Assembly: GCA_963785235.1 (NCBI GenBank)
Contig: CAWAUM010000012.1
Location: forward strand, 160,001 to 224,000
Origin: an uncultured delta proteobacterium
GTDB taxonomy: Bacteria; Desulfobacterota; Desulfomonilia; UBA1062
Length of the DNA stretch: 64,000 nt
Direction of reading: 5' to 3'
Shown here: piece by piece, positions 28,486 through 40,102 of the stretch
How positions within the stretch are numbered: the stretch's first letter is position 1
Layout: every line of letters begins with the position of its first letter
Program-made: the position numbers and the translations under genes
Notes under the pieces: model-generated
What the model saw: the letters and a program-made list of their open reading frames with translations, nothing else
What the model was told of the DNA's origin: nothing
Databases searched by the model: none

Positions 28486-29325
28486 CTACAGGCGCTTGTC
28501 TTTCGCGCCGGGCCGGATACGGTTCCACTCCGAGCCCATGGGGCATGCCTTCATGCACTCAATGCAGTTGTCCACGTCCGTGATCATGGTCTGGCCGAAC
28601 TCCACCATGAAATCCCTTCGGCGGTTGTGCGCCAGAAGCATCTTGATGTATGCAGGCCATTCGCCGAGCTTTTTGGGCGGCACCCGATTGAAACCCCAGG
28701 TCCAGTAGTGAAAGCACGGGTCCACATTATATGCTCCATCCTTCAGGGCACCCACGGGACATGCGAGCTCGCACCGCCTGCACCCGTCCGGGCATGGATC
28801 ATATCCCTTGGGGACATCCGCTTCAAGCGGCAACTCGGTTATTATGGCGCAGAGCCTCACATGGGGCCCGAAACGCTCGGTAATGAGCAGGTTCGACCTG
28901 CCGATGGATCCCAGGCCCGCACTCATGGCCGCATGTTTGAGTGAAAGCTGGCCCAGGACCTTGGTATGGACCAGCTCCCTGTCCGTATCAGGGTTTCGCT
29001 TGTGGATCTCCACGGGTTTGTCGGCCGATATGGGCAATGAGAGAAAACCGCTATGTTCCAGGTAGCGGCCTACCTTCTCTGCAACCTCATCCAGCAGCCT
29101 TGATGTCTGCATCTTGTTCCTGGTCCAGAGCTTGAGGTCAGGCGCATAGACCGCCCCCAGGCTGTGGGGAACGGCCATGACGATCACGCTTTTCGCTGTG
29201 GGCATGAGTGCCAGGGCAGGCCTTGCCGGGCGGGCCAGGAGCAGGTCTTCTGCCCTGGCAATGCCCACCAGGTCAATTCCCTCTGAGAGGATCATCTGCT
29301 TGATGGATGCTGAATTAATTTCCAT
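28486..29325 (-). CDS. Epoxyqueuosine reductase-like 4Fe-4S protein
   Basis: AGLGSIG..NL..FGP.VRL; CxxGCxxCxxxCP and CxxCxxxCP. Confidence 0.8.
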   Translation of the reverse strand: MEINSASIKQMILSEGIDLVGIARAEDLLLARPARPALALMPTAKSVIVMAVPHSLGAVYAPDLKLWTRNKMQTSRLLDEVAEKVGRYLEHSGFLSLPISADKPVEIHKRNPDTDRELVHTKVLGQLSLKHAAMSAGLGSIGRSNLLITERFGPHVRLCAIITELPLEADVPKGYDPCPDGCRRCELACPVGALKDGAYNVDPCFHYWTWGFNRVPPKKLGEWPAYIKMLLAHNRRRDFMVEFGQTMITDVDNCIECMKACPMGSEWNRIRPGAKDKRL

Positions 29326-30040
29326 GTTTCTCCCTCGACTTCTGTAGGTTTTTCAGGAACGGTTTATAGAGAAAGCTCTTCTCATCCAGAGAGCACAGCT
29401 GTTCGAACATGGGCATTGTCACGGACAGGGCCAGGATGTCAGGCGGCAGCCACTGCCGCATGGCTACGTCAGTGGCGCCGATACAAGCCTGGGGCATGGC
29501 AAGGTTCTCAAACACCGTGATCATCTCCATGCAGCCTGACCCGAAGGGCGCTATCACGGCAGGCGGGTCGCCCGGGGCGTTTCGGTAGTGCGCACCGATA
29601 ATCAGGGCGCTCAGCTGGTCGGGGTTCACAAAAAAGGTCACGGTTTTCAGATACCCTTCCTTGCCAGCATGCAGGGGTCCGATGAGGATGTTGGGATGCT
29701 CCGGCTTATAGGTCCTGCGATTGTCAATCCACTTGCCCATGATCTCATGATCGGCCTTCAGACCCTCGGTGTCTGCCAGAAAAGTTATGTATTCATCCCG
29801 GCTGCGGGTGGCCACACTGCACAGGGCTGTGCCTGCCCCACCACAGCCGAAGTTGTCTTTTGTTATGAGCAGGGTCTTTCCATCAAGCCACTGCCTATAA
29901 AAGGCAAAGACACATACATGCTTCTTCGGTTCGGGGGCCACCAACGGTTCGAACCCTGACATATCCGGTGCATCATAGAAACCCATTAGGGGTATCTTGA
30001 TGCCAAGGCGTTCAATGAGTCTGGAAGGGTCGTGTTTCAT
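29315..30040 (-). CDS. DUF169 family protein
   Basis: GCGGA, FFVNPDQLSAL, APFGSGC and IGATDVAMR motifs. Confidence 0.75.
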   Translation of the reverse strand: MKHDPSRLIERLGIKIPLMGFYDAPDMSGFEPLVAPEPKKHVCVFAFYRQWLDGKTLLITKDNFGCGGAGTALCSVATRSRDEYITFLADTEGLKADHEIMGKWIDNRRTYKPEHPNILIGPLHAGKEGYLKTVTFFVNPDQLSALIIGAHYRNAPGDPPAVIAPFGSGCMEMITVFENLAMPQACIGATDVAMRQWLPPDILALSVTMPMFEQLCSLDEKSFLYKPFLKNLQKSREKHGN

Positions 30041-30125
30041 GGATCCTCCTTTCTTGATCTATGCAAGTTGATCTCTCAAGTCCTTTGATCGCAAGGGATA
30101 TCGATCCGGCAATGCTTAAAAGCCC

Positions 30126-31202
30126 TCATTTGTCCATGGGCATGAGATGTTCCATCAGGGCCGCCTTCTCGAAGCTCTCAGGGTCCCACCTGGGCCTATC
30201 ATCCTTGTCAATGAGACGGGAGCGGACCCCTTCCCTGAAATCATGCTGCGCCATCAGATATCTCGCGACCAGCAGGTCTGCCTGAAAGACCTCGGCCAGG
30301 TCCCTGCCCTCGTCCCGGCGCAGACACTTGAGTGTGACAAACACGGCGTTCGGCGAACGCTCTGAGAGCCTCCTGAAGACCCCTTCACAGAGATCACTGA
30401 GTATGCTGCAGGCCTTCAACGAATTCAGGATCTCGAGTACGGAGTTCTTTCCGGCAAAATACTCTTCGACCCACTTGTCCATTTCCAGGTTAACCGGTAT
30501 GTCTTTTTCCTCAAGGGGACTAAGGTGTTCCTTCAGGCAAGCGGCCGCAACGCTACGCTCAGCAGGCAGGTCTCCGGCATGGTGTTTTATGATCTCCAGG
30601 GCACCTTCCAGCCTTGATGCAGGGATGAGACAGTTTGCCAGCCCGATACGGACGCATTCGGTGCCCGTCATCTCATAACCGGTGAGGCCAAGGAATTCAG
30701 GATACCCCTTGCCGCACTTCAGAAACAGCCATCCTGTTGACCCTACATCCGGAAAAAAACCGATGCGCGTCTCAGGCATGGCCATGCGCGTGGTTTCACT
30801 TGCTATGGTGATGTCCGCCCCGGAAGATATCCCAAGACCTCCGCCCATGGTAATACCGCGTGCAAAGACCACAACAGGCTTGGGATACCGGTGGATGGCA
30901 AGGTCAAGGTCATTCTCTTCTTCAAGGAACGCCATGGCGGGTTCAAGATTACTTTCCGTCACTGCCCGGGCCATCAACTTGATGTCGCCCCCGGCGCAAA
31001 AACCTCTCTCGCCCGCACCGCTGATGATGATGAGTTTTACTGCATCGTTGGTCCTGGCCTTATCCAGCACCCCTGCTATGATGCGTATCATGTCCAGGGT
31101 GAGACTGTTTATGACTTCGGGGCGGTTGAGGATTATATGCACAAAAGAATCTGAGTGTTCAACGAGTACCGGTTGAGTTGTCGAATCAGTTACTCTATTC
31201 AT
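30126..31202 (-). CDS. Enoyl-CoA hydratase/isomerase family, 3-hydroxyisobutyryl-CoA hydrolase-like
   Basis: FCAGGD, GITMGGG, AMPETRIGFFPDVG and DFREGVR..LIDKD..P.W motifs. Confidence 0.93.
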   Translation of the reverse strand: MNRVTDSTTQPVLVEHSDSFVHIILNRPEVINSLTLDMIRIIAGVLDKARTNDAVKLIIISGAGERGFCAGGDIKLMARAVTESNLEPAMAFLEEENDLDLAIHRYPKPVVVFARGITMGGGLGISSGADITIASETTRMAMPETRIGFFPDVGSTGWLFLKCGKGYPEFLGLTGYEMTGTECVRIGLANCLIPASRLEGALEIIKHHAGDLPAERSVAAACLKEHLSPLEEKDIPVNLEMDKWVEEYFAGKNSVLEILNSLKACSILSDLCEGVFRRLSERSPNAVFVTLKCLRRDEGRDLAEVFQADLLVARYLMAQHDFREGVRSRLIDKDDRPRWDPESFEKAALMEHLMPMDK

Positions 31203-31277
31203 GTCAAGCACCAAACCTTAAACTCTTTTGAAGGATACAAAAGCTTGGTCAGCGGAAAAGCCCATCAGGCTTTATCC

Positions 31278-32342
31278 TCAGCTGCCGAACAACTCCTTCA
31301 TGCGCGTGAGCAGGGTGAGATCACCTTGCGCTGTATACCTTTCCTTCATGAATGCATCCTGGCCGTCGGTTTTTTTCGTAAAAATATCCATCCAAACCTC
31401 AAAGGGGGCCTTCACTACCAGATCGGGCCTTGAGGCCGGTTCAATGGATTCATCAATACCGTCTCCCGAGATGGAAAAAGAGCATGAGCCTGTCTGTTCC
31501 CCCGTGAAGTCGAACTGGAGCACGGCATTTGTGTTACCTGCCGTTTCAGGTTTGTAGGCCATCTTCATGAGCAGGGCAAAATCCTCGATGGTCTCGGGCC
31601 TGGGGAGCGAGCCTTTTGCCCTCATCTCCTCAGGGGTCATCTTCTCCCTGATGCAGGTCTTCCAGAAAATATTGGCAGCCCTGGCCATAACCTTTTTATC
31701 CCCAATGGGCTGGGTGATGCGATCCATGGTTTCCTGCCCAATCTTCATGGTTTTCACAAGTTCCTCACCCGCTTGCGCGAGGGCTGCCAGGATGTCGTCT
31801 TGCACCTTCCTGTTCGGCCCCAATACAAGAGCCTCGGCTGCAGGACGATAGATCTCTGCGATGAGGCCTTTGCTGTACATGAAACGCATATGGTTTGAGA
31901 GCTGGTCAAACACCAGCATCTCGGAAAAGCCTGCCACAGAGAGGACCACAACCGCCGGGTGCCGCAAGCGCAGCGGATGGTAGCTCACGCCCTTCTTCTC
32001 CTGGATAAAAGGCTCCAGGACAGGCAGGGTGCGCTCGATAAAGGCCTTCAGGGCGGCGTTCATGGTGTAGTGGTATAAAGGAGTAGCATATATGGCTATA
32101 TCGGATTCAATAAACTTGGGGAAGAGCTCTTCGGCCATATCATCCCTGTGGACACACCTGCCTGGTGACTTGGTCCAGCAGTTGAAACACCCCGCACAGT
32201 TCTTTATCTTCTTGTTTCTCAGGTGCACGACTTCAACCTGTGCACCTGCCTTCTCCATGCCTGCCACAAGATGACTCAACATGAGCTCTGTCTTGCTCTG
32301 TCCTTTGATCCTGGGACTGGAATTCAATGCAAGTACCTTCAT
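31278..32342 (-). CDS. Iron-sulfur flavoprotein/flavodoxin-like protein with C-terminal SCP2 domain
   Basis: NSSPR, CxGCxxCW...C, ATPLY; C-terminal LQFDFTGE..PDL...W...DGQDAFM...GDL. Confidence 0.85.
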   Translation of the reverse strand: MKVLALNSSPRIKGQSKTELMLSHLVAGMEKAGAQVEVVHLRNKKIKNCAGCFNCWTKSPGRCVHRDDMAEELFPKFIESDIAIYATPLYHYTMNAALKAFIERTLPVLEPFIQEKKGVSYHPLRLRHPAVVVLSVAGFSEMLVFDQLSNHMRFMYSKGLIAEIYRPAAEALVLGPNRKVQDDILAALAQAGEELVKTMKIGQETMDRITQPIGDKKVMARAANIFWKTCIREKMTPEEMRAKGSLPRPETIEDFALLMKMAYKPETAGNTNAVLQFDFTGEQTGSCSFSISGDGIDESIEPASRPDLVVKAPFEVWMDIFTKKTDGQDAFMKERYTAQGDLTLLTRMKELFGS

Positions 32343-32470
32343 GACATCCTCCTTGGTACAACATTCCCATTAGTAAACGGGCTTTTAACCTACCTGTCAA
32401 AGGTATCTTTTTCCTTGCTTATTGACAAGAGGATTGATGCCGGGAGGAAAAAGTGCGTGACTGGTGACTA

Positions 32471-32529
32471 AACCCTGGTTTTGCATTTAAGGGGCGTAAA
32501 ATTTTCATCCGTTCAAAAAATAATTCCAT
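32471..32529 (-). repeat. Internally deleted (hairpin-less) copy of the ~150-bp repeat family
   Basis: Reverse complement ATGGAATTATTTTTTGAA|CGGATGAAAATTTTACGCCCCTTAAATGCAAAACCAGGGTT matches both flanks of the elements at 39914 and 49494. Confidence 0.7.
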
Positions 32530-32643
32530 GGTCACTAAAAGTTTATGCTTAAGGCTACCTGATGTGCATAGTAATATCTCTGGGTATATTCAGTTGAAAA
32601 ATCCGAGCGAAAGAAGTGAGATTCTTCCCTGTGCCGCCTGGTC

Positions 32644-33927
32644 TTATTCCAGATATGTCTTGAGTTCTTCCATGCGGATCTTCACCTGCTCCTTGATGGA
32701 GACAATCTGCTCCTGATTGATCTCAAGGGCTGCAGTGGCCCGAATCGTTTCCGGGTCAATACCTTCCTCGTTAGGTATTCCATACCCCATGGACTTCACA
32801 AGCACATTGGCAAGCTGCACCACAAGGAGTTCATTACCTGGTTCCGGTATATCTCCCAGATCATCATGGAGCTGGGCCACCTTAATGAAGATACTCGGGA
32901 ATGCCCACCTTTTCAGGAGCACCGACCCTGTTTTCCCATGATGGGCCTCGATGGAATTTTTTACCTCATTGATATCCATACTTCTTTCATTTCTCTCATT
33001 CTTTTCCATCTCGCCCATAACCCGAAGGAGCATGAGCTTGCCGATGTCATGGAGCAGGCCTAAGGCGAATGGATCATCGCCGAGTTTAAGGCCCTTGGTC
33101 TCGATAATCACCTGGCATGCGTGGGCGCACGAGAGTGCATGCTCCCATAATACCTCCATGACCTCCGCATACTTCGGGTTGGTCCCCAGATAGAGAGACC
33201 TGTTGGAGATTGCATCCACTGTCTGTTTCGTTACGATAAGCCCCAGCCTGCTGACAGCCTGCTCTACGCTGATGTTAGCGGTGATGCCGCGATAATAGGA
33301 TGAGTTGGAAATGCTGATGATCTTTGATGAGATAGCCGGATCTTTCCGCAAGAGATCACCGATCTCCTGTAAATCAGCTCCCGATTTTATCAGGGCATAA
33401 AACTTGGTCTGTATGCGAGGCATGGGTGGAAGCTCGATCTCGCCTCTATTAAACCGGGCAATAATCTTGGTAAGCGGGTTTTTCTTTTCAGGTCCCGAAA
33501 AATTTTCCGTGGAGTCTGCATTTCCTTCCGGTTGCTTCGTGAGGCCACTGTCTACAAGCTTCTTGATCACGGTCTGTTTGTCAAAAGGCTTCATGATGTA
33601 ATCATTGCACCCAGACTTGATGCATGTAAGGATCGTATCTTTTTCAGATGATCCAGTTACCATCATAATCCTGACCTGACCCTCTTTGGGAGTTCCGTCT
33701 TCCTTCTCCAGGGTGCGGATCCTACCCAGCACCTCGGTGCCGTCCATTTCCGGCATGGAGATATCCAGCGTGATCAGATCATATTGCTTGCCGTCAATTC
33801 GGGCATCCAAGAAGGCCTTCAGCGCGTCCTGTCCGCTCTCCACCTCATCACACTCACCCAGAGAACTCATAATATGCTTCATCTTTTCCCGACTGACAAG
33901 CTCATCATCAACGACAAGGATCTTCAT
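32644..33927 (-). CDS. Response regulator with HDOD domain
   Basis: ILVVDDE..LDISMPEMDG..KP; LPPMP, DPAIS, LWEHAL and GLLHDIGK. Confidence 0.93.
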   Translation of the reverse strand: MKILVVDDELVSREKMKHIMSSLGECDEVESGQDALKAFLDARIDGKQYDLITLDISMPEMDGTEVLGRIRTLEKEDGTPKEGQVRIMMVTGSSEKDTILTCIKSGCNDYIMKPFDKQTVIKKLVDSGLTKQPEGNADSTENFSGPEKKNPLTKIIARFNRGEIELPPMPRIQTKFYALIKSGADLQEIGDLLRKDPAISSKIISISNSSYYRGITANISVEQAVSRLGLIVTKQTVDAISNRSLYLGTNPKYAEVMEVLWEHALSCAHACQVIIETKGLKLGDDPFALGLLHDIGKLMLLRVMGEMEKNERNERSMDINEVKNSIEAHHGKTGSVLLKRWAFPSIFIKVAQLHDDLGDIPEPGNELLVVQLANVLVKSMGYGIPNEEGIDPETIRATAALEINQEQIVSIKEQVKIRMEELKTYLE

Positions 33928-34012
33928 TAGTCCTCCCGTCCTGACAGGGCAATCCATCCTGAAAAGCTGATTCGGTTTTCTTTATTGTCTTTGTTGTCTT
34001 TCGTAAACATAT

Positions 34013-37000
34013 CTATAACCTGCCTGCAAACGTCTCAAGCCTTAAAAATTCTTGTTCGAGCCGGCCGAGCACATCCATTGAACCATCGTTTGTACCGGTT
34101 TTTGCCATCTTCTCAAGACCCAGGGCGATTTGAGAAAGATCCATGGCTGTCAGGTTGGCAGCCCCACCCTTAATGGAATGGGCCTCTGACCTTACGATCT
34201 CCATATCTCCTTCACTGATGGCCTTCCTTATTCTGTTGATCTGTCCTCGCACAATGCCAATAAATCCATTGATGAGTTTCATGAGGAGCACCCTGTCCCC
34301 ATCAAATTCATCCAGGGCTCGATTGATTTCCAACGGTGGATTTGCTTCATCTGTTGATGAACCTATATGTCGCATGGTATTTTTATCGCTTATCTTGTGC
34401 GCTGCCTCTACAATACTGCTTGCCGGTAACCACTTCTTGACTATAGCAATCAGGTCGTCACGAAATACAGGCTTCGTAATGAAGTCGTCCATACCCGCAT
34501 CAAGGCATCTCTCACGAAATCCCTCAATGGCATGTCCGGTCATGGCAATAATGGGGATATGTCCTGAGGACCTGTGAATTCCATCGCCTAAGAGCCTCTC
34601 CTCGATTTCCCGTATGGCTTTTGTTGCGGTAAAGCCGTCCATATGAGGCATCTCAATATCCATAATGATCAGGTCGTAGCTTGATCGCTTGTATGCATCC
34701 AGGGCCTGCTGTCCATCATCGGCTATATCCACTAAAAAGCCTGCCTTGGTAAGATGCCTGTTTGCCACCTGCTGATTCGTAGGATAATCATCTGCTAATA
34801 AAATATGCATTCTGCAGGGTCTGTTCTCTTCAGCCAGGGTATATCGAGTTATCAGTTTGCCGGAAGGTATTGCAGGGCCTATATCCCCCTGTTTCAGTAT
34901 GGCAGTGATGGCTCTATGGAGTTCTTCGTTCCGAACCGGTTTGGGCAGATACCCCTGGATGCCGGACTGGGAGCATCTTAATCCATCTCCAATGCTGCCG
35001 GACGGGGTAAGCATAATAATGGGGATGCCCTTGAACGTCTCTTCAGCCCTGATTTGAGCGGCCAGCGCGAATCCATCCATGACTGGCATATGAAAATCAG
35101 TGATTACAAGCTTGATCTGCCCGCCGGATATGTTTTTGTCTTTCAGAATATCCAGGGCCTCCAAAGCGGATGTTGCTTCCAGGGGAATACAGCCCCAGGC
35201 CTTGAGATAAGATGCAAAGGTCGAGCGGGCTGATATATTGTCGTCTACAACAAGCACCTTTATACCCGTGAGATCTACACCTTCGGTCACAGGAAGCATA
35301 TCTGGTTCATCCTGGTGTGTAAAGACCACGGTGAACCAGAAGGCGCTCCCTTCTCCGGGTTTGCTCTCAACGCCTATCTGCCCGTCCATCAAGGAGGTTA
35401 GACGCTTTGATATGGAGAGTCCCAATCCGGTGCCTCCATATTTGCGGGTCGTGGATGAATCTGCCTGGGTGAAGCTCTCGAAGATTGTCCCCTGCTTGTT
35501 ATAGGGAATGCCTATGCCCGTGTCTTTCACAAGAAACCGCGCCCTGGTTTTGGTGCCCATGCCTTCAAGATACTCCACCTTGAGGAGTATCTCACCTTTG
35601 TCTGTGAACTTCAGGGCATTGCTCAACAGGTTGGTCAGGATCTGCCTGAGCCTGCCGGGATCCCCCACGAGCCGGGTCGGCATTTCAGGTGAAACATACA
35701 TGATGAGTTCCAGGTCTTTCTTTTTAGCCATCACGGCAAAGCTGCATGAGATGTCTTCCATGAGGCCCTTGAGGTCAAAGGGTATGTTTTCAATCTCAAG
35801 CTTGTGGGATTCAAGTTTTGAGAAATCCAGAATATCATTGATGAGTCCCAGCAGATTTTCCGACTCACGGTAAACCGTAGTCATAATCTCCCGCTGCTCG
35901 GCAGTAAGATTGGTATCCAAGGCTATCTCCGTCATCCCGATGACGCCGTTCAAAGGGGTGCGGATCTCATGGCTCATGTGGGCAAGGAACTCGCTCTTGG
36001 CCCTGTTCTGGGCCTCGGCCTTGATCATGGTCTTGTGAAGCTCTTGGGCCTCTTTCCGATGGGTGATATCCCGCAACACCCCCCTGAACCCAACGGGCTG
36101 TCCTTTTGAATCCCTCATGAGGCTGATGGAGCCCTCTATAGGCCTTTTCTCCCCATTCTTCTGAATCAGTTCCCAATCAAATCCCTTGTCAGGGTTTCCT
36201 GTTTTATAAACCGTATTGAACACCGCGAATACCCGCCTGGCTGTTTCCTTATCCATTAACTTACGATAGGAACTGCCAATAACCTCAGCCCTGGGGAAGC
36301 CGCAGATTCTGCACATTGAATCGTTCACGAAGGATAAGTTCCCCATGAGATCAACCTCAAAATAGGCTTCCTCGATGCTTTCTAGGATGCTCCGGTACTT
36401 CTCCTCACTCCTTCTCAGAGCCTTTTCCGTGCGCAGCCGGTCGGTAATGTCACGCGCAGAGCCACGCACACCGATAGGCCCCGACCCGCCGTATACAAGC
36501 GAATTTTTATATTCCAGGACACGCTCTTGCCCATCTCTTGTCCGCACCTTGACAAGGCCCTCATCCTTTCCTTTTTCAAGAACCCTTGCCATATAAACCT
36601 GGTAAAGATCCCTGTGCCGCTCAACAATGAGGTCCCTAAGCTTCGCTCTAGTCTGCTTGTCATCAAGGATCGCCCAGTCTTCCCTCACTTTTATATTGCA
36701 CTCGTTGAAATCAAAAATGCCATCGAGATCGTGAAAGAAAAGATAATCGGATACATTGTCAAATATATCCCGGAACCGCTCCTCGCTGGCCAGAAACGCC
36801 TCATCGGCACTTTTCCTCTCTGATATGTCGCGGGAAATACCTCGGAAACCTATCGGATTACCGGCCGAATCCCGGATAAGGGATATCGTGGACTCAAGCG
36901 GGACCAGGGAGCCGTCCTTTCTTATGATTTCCCATTCCAGCCCTTTGTGAGGCTTCCCTGTAGTCAGTACTCTTTCATATGCCCTAAACAATTTTTGAGC

Positions 37001-37651
37001 GGTTTGCGCATCAGTATAGGCATGATAATTTAACCCCATGATCTCTTCCGGGGAGTATCCTGAGAACTCGGCAACCTTGTAGTTGAAGAAAACCATATTC
37101 CCTAAGAGGTCCAGCTCATAATAACTGTCTTCAATGCTGTCGAGTATTGTCCTGTATCTCTCTTCGCTCTTTTGCAGCTCTTTAAGACCCCGGTAACGTT
37201 CGCTTATATCCTGGACAATAACCTGCACCATGGACGTCCCTTTCTCGTTGGGAACGAGCATTGCCTTATATTCCATGATGCCCTCACTGCCATCTGATAA
37301 CTTGACCCTCAGCGTACCTTCTGCCTTTCCATCCCTGGCGATCTTTGCCATGTACTCGTCGTATTCATGCCTGTACCACTCAGGTATGAGGTCACGAATC
37401 CTTAGCCCGGCAAGGTCTTTTTCAGAAAATCCGCCGATATTTTTTCCAACTATATTTACCTCTATGAAACGACCATCCAGGTCATGGAGAACAAAAAGGT
37501 CGGATGTATTATTAAAGATAAACTTATAGCGCACCGAAATCCGGTTGAGTTTTTCCTGTGTTTCCTTCAATTCCCTTTGTATTTCGAGCACATCAATTGT
37601 GCCCTGCTCATGAAGCTTCCCGTTGGAATCTTCATGAAAACCGTCCTTCAT
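34013..37651 (-). CDS. Cytoplasmic hybrid histidine kinase (4 PAS, HisKA, HATPase, 2 REC, HPt)
   Basis: [27 protein letters not shown], two receiver domains, AHSIKG. Confidence 0.96.
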   Translation of the reverse strand: MKDGFHEDSNGKLHEQGTIDVLEIQRELKETQEKLNRISVRYKFIFNNTSDLFVLHDLDGRFIEVNIVGKNIGGFSEKDLAGLRIRDLIPEWYRHEYDEYMAKIARDGKAEGTLRVKLSDGSEGIMEYKAMLVPNEKGTSMVQVIVQDISERYRGLKELQKSEERYRTILDSIEDSYYELDLLGNMVFFNYKVAEFSGYSPEEIMGLNYHAYTDAQTAQKLFRAYERVLTTGKPHKGLEWEIIRKDGSLVPLESTISLIRDSAGNPIGFRGISRDISERKSADEAFLASEERFRDIFDNVSDYLFFHDLDGIFDFNECNIKVREDWAILDDKQTRAKLRDLIVERHRDLYQVYMARVLEKGKDEGLVKVRTRDGQERVLEYKNSLVYGGSGPIGVRGSARDITDRLRTEKALRRSEEKYRSILESIEEAYFEVDLMGNLSFVNDSMCRICGFPRAEVIGSSYRKLMDKETARRVFAVFNTVYKTGNPDKGFDWELIQKNGEKRPIEGSISLMRDSKGQPVGFRGVLRDITHRKEAQELHKTMIKAEAQNRAKSEFLAHMSHEIRTPLNGVIGMTEIALDTNLTAEQREIMTTVYRESENLLGLINDILDFSKLESHKLEIENIPFDLKGLMEDISCSFAVMAKKKDLELIMYVSPEMPTRLVGDPGRLRQILTNLLSNALKFTDKGEILLKVEYLEGMGTKTRARFLVKDTGIGIPYNKQGTIFESFTQADSSTTRKYGGTGLGLSISKRLTSLMDGQIGVESKPGEGSAFWFTVVFTHQDEPDMLPVTEGVDLTGIKVLVVDDNISARSTFASYLKAWGCIPLEATSALEALDILKDKNISGGQIKLVITDFHMPVMDGFALAAQIRAEETFKGIPIIMLTPSGSIGDGLRCSQSGIQGYLPKPVRNEELHRAITAILKQGDIGPAIPSGKLITRYTLAEENRPCRMHILLADDYPTNQQVANRHLTKAGFLVDIADDGQQALDAYKRSSYDLIIMDIEMPHMDGFTATKAIREIEERLLGDGIHRSSGHIPIIAMTGHAIEGFRERCLDAGMDDFITKPVFRDDLIAIVKKWLPASSIVEAAHKISDKNTMRHIGSSTDEANPPLEINRALDEFDGDRVLLMKLINGFIGIVRGQINRIRKAISEGDMEIVRSEAHSIKGGAANLTAMDLSQIALGLEKMAKTGTNDGSMDVLGRLEQEFLRLETFAGRL

Positions 37652-37990
37652 CCCCTACTCCTTATTATACAAGCAAAGCTCCCTTTCCCTCCCTATCGGA
37701 ATTTAAATTATAAAAAATTAGGTTCAGAGCCAGTCCTTTGTGGAAACCAGTCCGCCTTCGTGACCGCTGGGATTCTAGGAAGGTCAAAGCTGGTTCATGA
37801 GCGGATTGCTTATGTTAAAACCAGGTTCGCGTTTGGATGTACCCATAAATACTCAATGAACTTCGGGTGGTCTTAAACATGAAAATTATTGTATTGTGGT
37901 AATGTTTTAAAAACCCAGGCCTGTTACAATCCTTCATGGAATAAGAGTTCTATAGCTTTTCTAAAAGCCCTGCTGACTATACGGACACGA

Positions 37991-38482
37991 TCACAGATCG
38001 TAGAGTGTATCGTCCACCTTGGGTTTGGAACCCTTCTTTCCCCCCTTGGATTTCTGCTCCATCATGAAGGGGTCTTCTCCCTCCAGCAGATCACCCATCT
38101 CGGCCTCGATCTTTTCAGGGTCCTCACCGCGCTCCATCCTTGCCAGGGCCTCCTCCATACCGGAGCCCATCTTCAGGCCAGTCGCATCCGTGAGCTTTCG
38201 CATAAGCAAGGCGGCCTGCTTGGGATCGTCTTCCTTAAGGCCCGCTGCTTCACTTGCAAGCATGGACATGGCCTTTTCCATCCTGGCTTCATCGAATTGC
38301 GGCATTTCACCTTGGGCCTCCTCTCCCTTTCTGCCTGATATGGCAGCGAAAATCGAGACCTTGCGTTTGAGTTTGACATTCCTGCATTTCGGGCATTTGG
38401 GTTTCTTGTCTGTATTGATAGTCCTTGAAAAAAAATTATATATGGTGTCGCACTTGCTGCAGTAGAACTCATAGATCGGCAT
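37991..38482 (-). CDS. FmdB-family zinc-ribbon protein
   Basis: MPIYEFYCSKC...CPKC. Confidence 0.88.
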   Translation of the reverse strand: MPIYEFYCSKCDTIYNFFSRTINTDKKPKCPKCRNVKLKRKVSIFAAISGRKGEEAQGEMPQFDEARMEKAMSMLASEAAGLKEDDPKQAALLMRKLTDATGLKMGSGMEEALARMERGEDPEKIEAEMGDLLEGEDPFMMEQKSKGGKKGSKPKVDDTLYDL

Positions 38483-38686
38483 TGATACTCCTTACAAAAT
38501 GGGGATTCCGACCCTCATATGAAATGAATCTGCATAAGAAATCAAGTCCGAAGATCCATCCGGGCTGCGTCTTTCCTTGACAATACGGGCATAGAGGTCT
38601 ATATATATGTCAATCAGGCATGTCATTCATGAAATCAGGGCCACATTTTCGAAACAATAAACGAATAACCATTCCGAGGAGTATTC

Positions 38687-39916
38687 ATGCACTTTGCTGA
38701 ATTACCAATTGACGAGCGAATTCTGCTCGGCATCAATGATGCGGGTTTTACCTCATGCACGCCTGTACAGGCCTCCACCTTCGAACACAGCCTCATGGGC
38801 AAGGACGTATGTGCCCAGTCGCAGACCGGCACTGGAAAGACCGCTGCATTTCTCATAACGATCTTCCAGAATCTCAAAGCTCAAAGCGGCCGTAAGGCCA
38901 TGATCATCGTACCCACCAGGGAGCTTGCCGCCCAGGTGGAGGAAGAGGCCGCGCTGCTGGGCTCTCATCTCGATTACAAGGTAGCCTGCATTTACGGCGG
39001 CGTTGGATATAAGAGCCAGGAACAGCAGCTCAAGCAGGGGGCGAACATCATCGTGGGCACCCCGGGCAGGATCATGGACCTCAACCGATCAGGGAAGCTG
39101 AGCTATAAGGACATCGCCATCCTTGTCATCGACGAGGCGGACCGCCTATTCGACATGGGATTCATCACAGACCTGAGGAAGATGCTCCGGTCCATGCCGC
39201 CTGTGCATAAACGCCAGACCATGCTCTTTTCCGCGACACTGAGCTTCCTGGTAAAGGAGCTTGCCTGGCAGTATATGAACAACCCTGTAGAGGTGGAAAT
39301 AGCCGCGGAGCACCTCACTGTGGACACGGTGATCCAGGAGCTCTACCACGTGGGCAACGATGAAAAAATGAGCCTCCTCCTGGGCATCCTCGCCAGGGAA
39401 AATCCCAAGAACTGCCTTATCTTCTCCAATATGAAGCACACCGCCGAAGATGTCTCCAGGCGCCTCAACCTGAATGGATTCAAATGTGAGTACATCACCG
39501 GCGATCTCCCGCAGAAAAAACGGCTCGAAGTCATCGACGGCATGAAGAGCGGCAGAATCCCTCTGCTCGTAGCCACGAATGTGGCAGCCAGAGGACTGCA
39601 CGTAGACGATCTCGACCTGGTGATTAACTATGACATCCCTGAAGACTGCGAGGATTATGTCCACCGTATCGGGCGCACCGCCAGGGTTGGGAAGGAAGGC
39701 AAGGCCATATCACTCGTATGTGAAGATTACGTCCATGCACTTGATTCGATAGAAAAATACCTCGGCATGAAGATACCCGTCATCTGGCCGGAAGAGTCCT
39801 TGTTTGCAGCGGATAAGAGCAAGCGCGCACGGCAGCACGGCAGGGATTCAAGGGGGAAAGGCGGGTTCAGGGGAAAGAGACCTTCGCCTACCCAGCGCCA
39901 CGCCCATCATAGGTGA
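38687..39916 (+). CDS. rhlB: DEAD-box RNA helicase (RhlB-like)
   Basis: QTGTGKT, PTRELA, DEAD, SAT, ARGLH and YVHRIGRTAR; GDLPQKKRL. Confidence 0.9.
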   Translation: MHFAELPIDERILLGINDAGFTSCTPVQASTFEHSLMGKDVCAQSQTGTGKTAAFLITIFQNLKAQSGRKAMIIVPTRELAAQVEEEAALLGSHLDYKVACIYGGVGYKSQEQQLKQGANIIVGTPGRIMDLNRSGKLSYKDIAILVIDEADRLFDMGFITDLRKMLRSMPPVHKRQTMLFSATLSFLVKELAWQYMNNPVEVEIAAEHLTVDTVIQELYHVGNDEKMSLLLGILARENPKNCLIFSNMKHTAEDVSRRLNLNGFKCEYITGDLPQKKRLEVIDGMKSGRIPLLVATNVAARGLHVDDLDLVINYDIPEDCEDYVHRIGRTARVGKEGKAISLVCEDYVHALDSIEKYLGMKIPVIWPEESLFAADKSKRARQHGRDSRGKGGFRGKRPSPTQRHAHHR

Positions 39917-40062
39917 TGGAATTGCTTTTTTAAAACAGGTCCGTTAAAATCAGTCATCTTGCAGCCTTTAAGGACCGGGAAAATTAGCATTCTCCTAAGG
40001 CTGCAAGATGACTGATTTTAACGGATTAGGTTTTTACCCATCCTAACCACAATATCCGGGTT
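39914..40062 (+). repeat. ~149-bp intergenic repeat with perfect 29-bp inverted repeat (MITE/REP-like or structured RNA)
   Basis: Arms 39940-39968 TCCGTTAAAATCAGTCATCTTGCAGCCTT and 39997-40025 are exact reverse complements; homologous to 49494..49641. Confidence 0.85.
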
Positions 40063-40102
40063 TAACCCTGTCCCTATTTCCTCCGAACACCCTTCTCCAT
40101 GC

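Noticed and set aside
37740-37830. Possible fourth, degenerate copy of the hairpin repeat
   Set aside because: Only short matches (TCCGC..GCGGA, AAAACCAGGTT); cannot be supported by eye.
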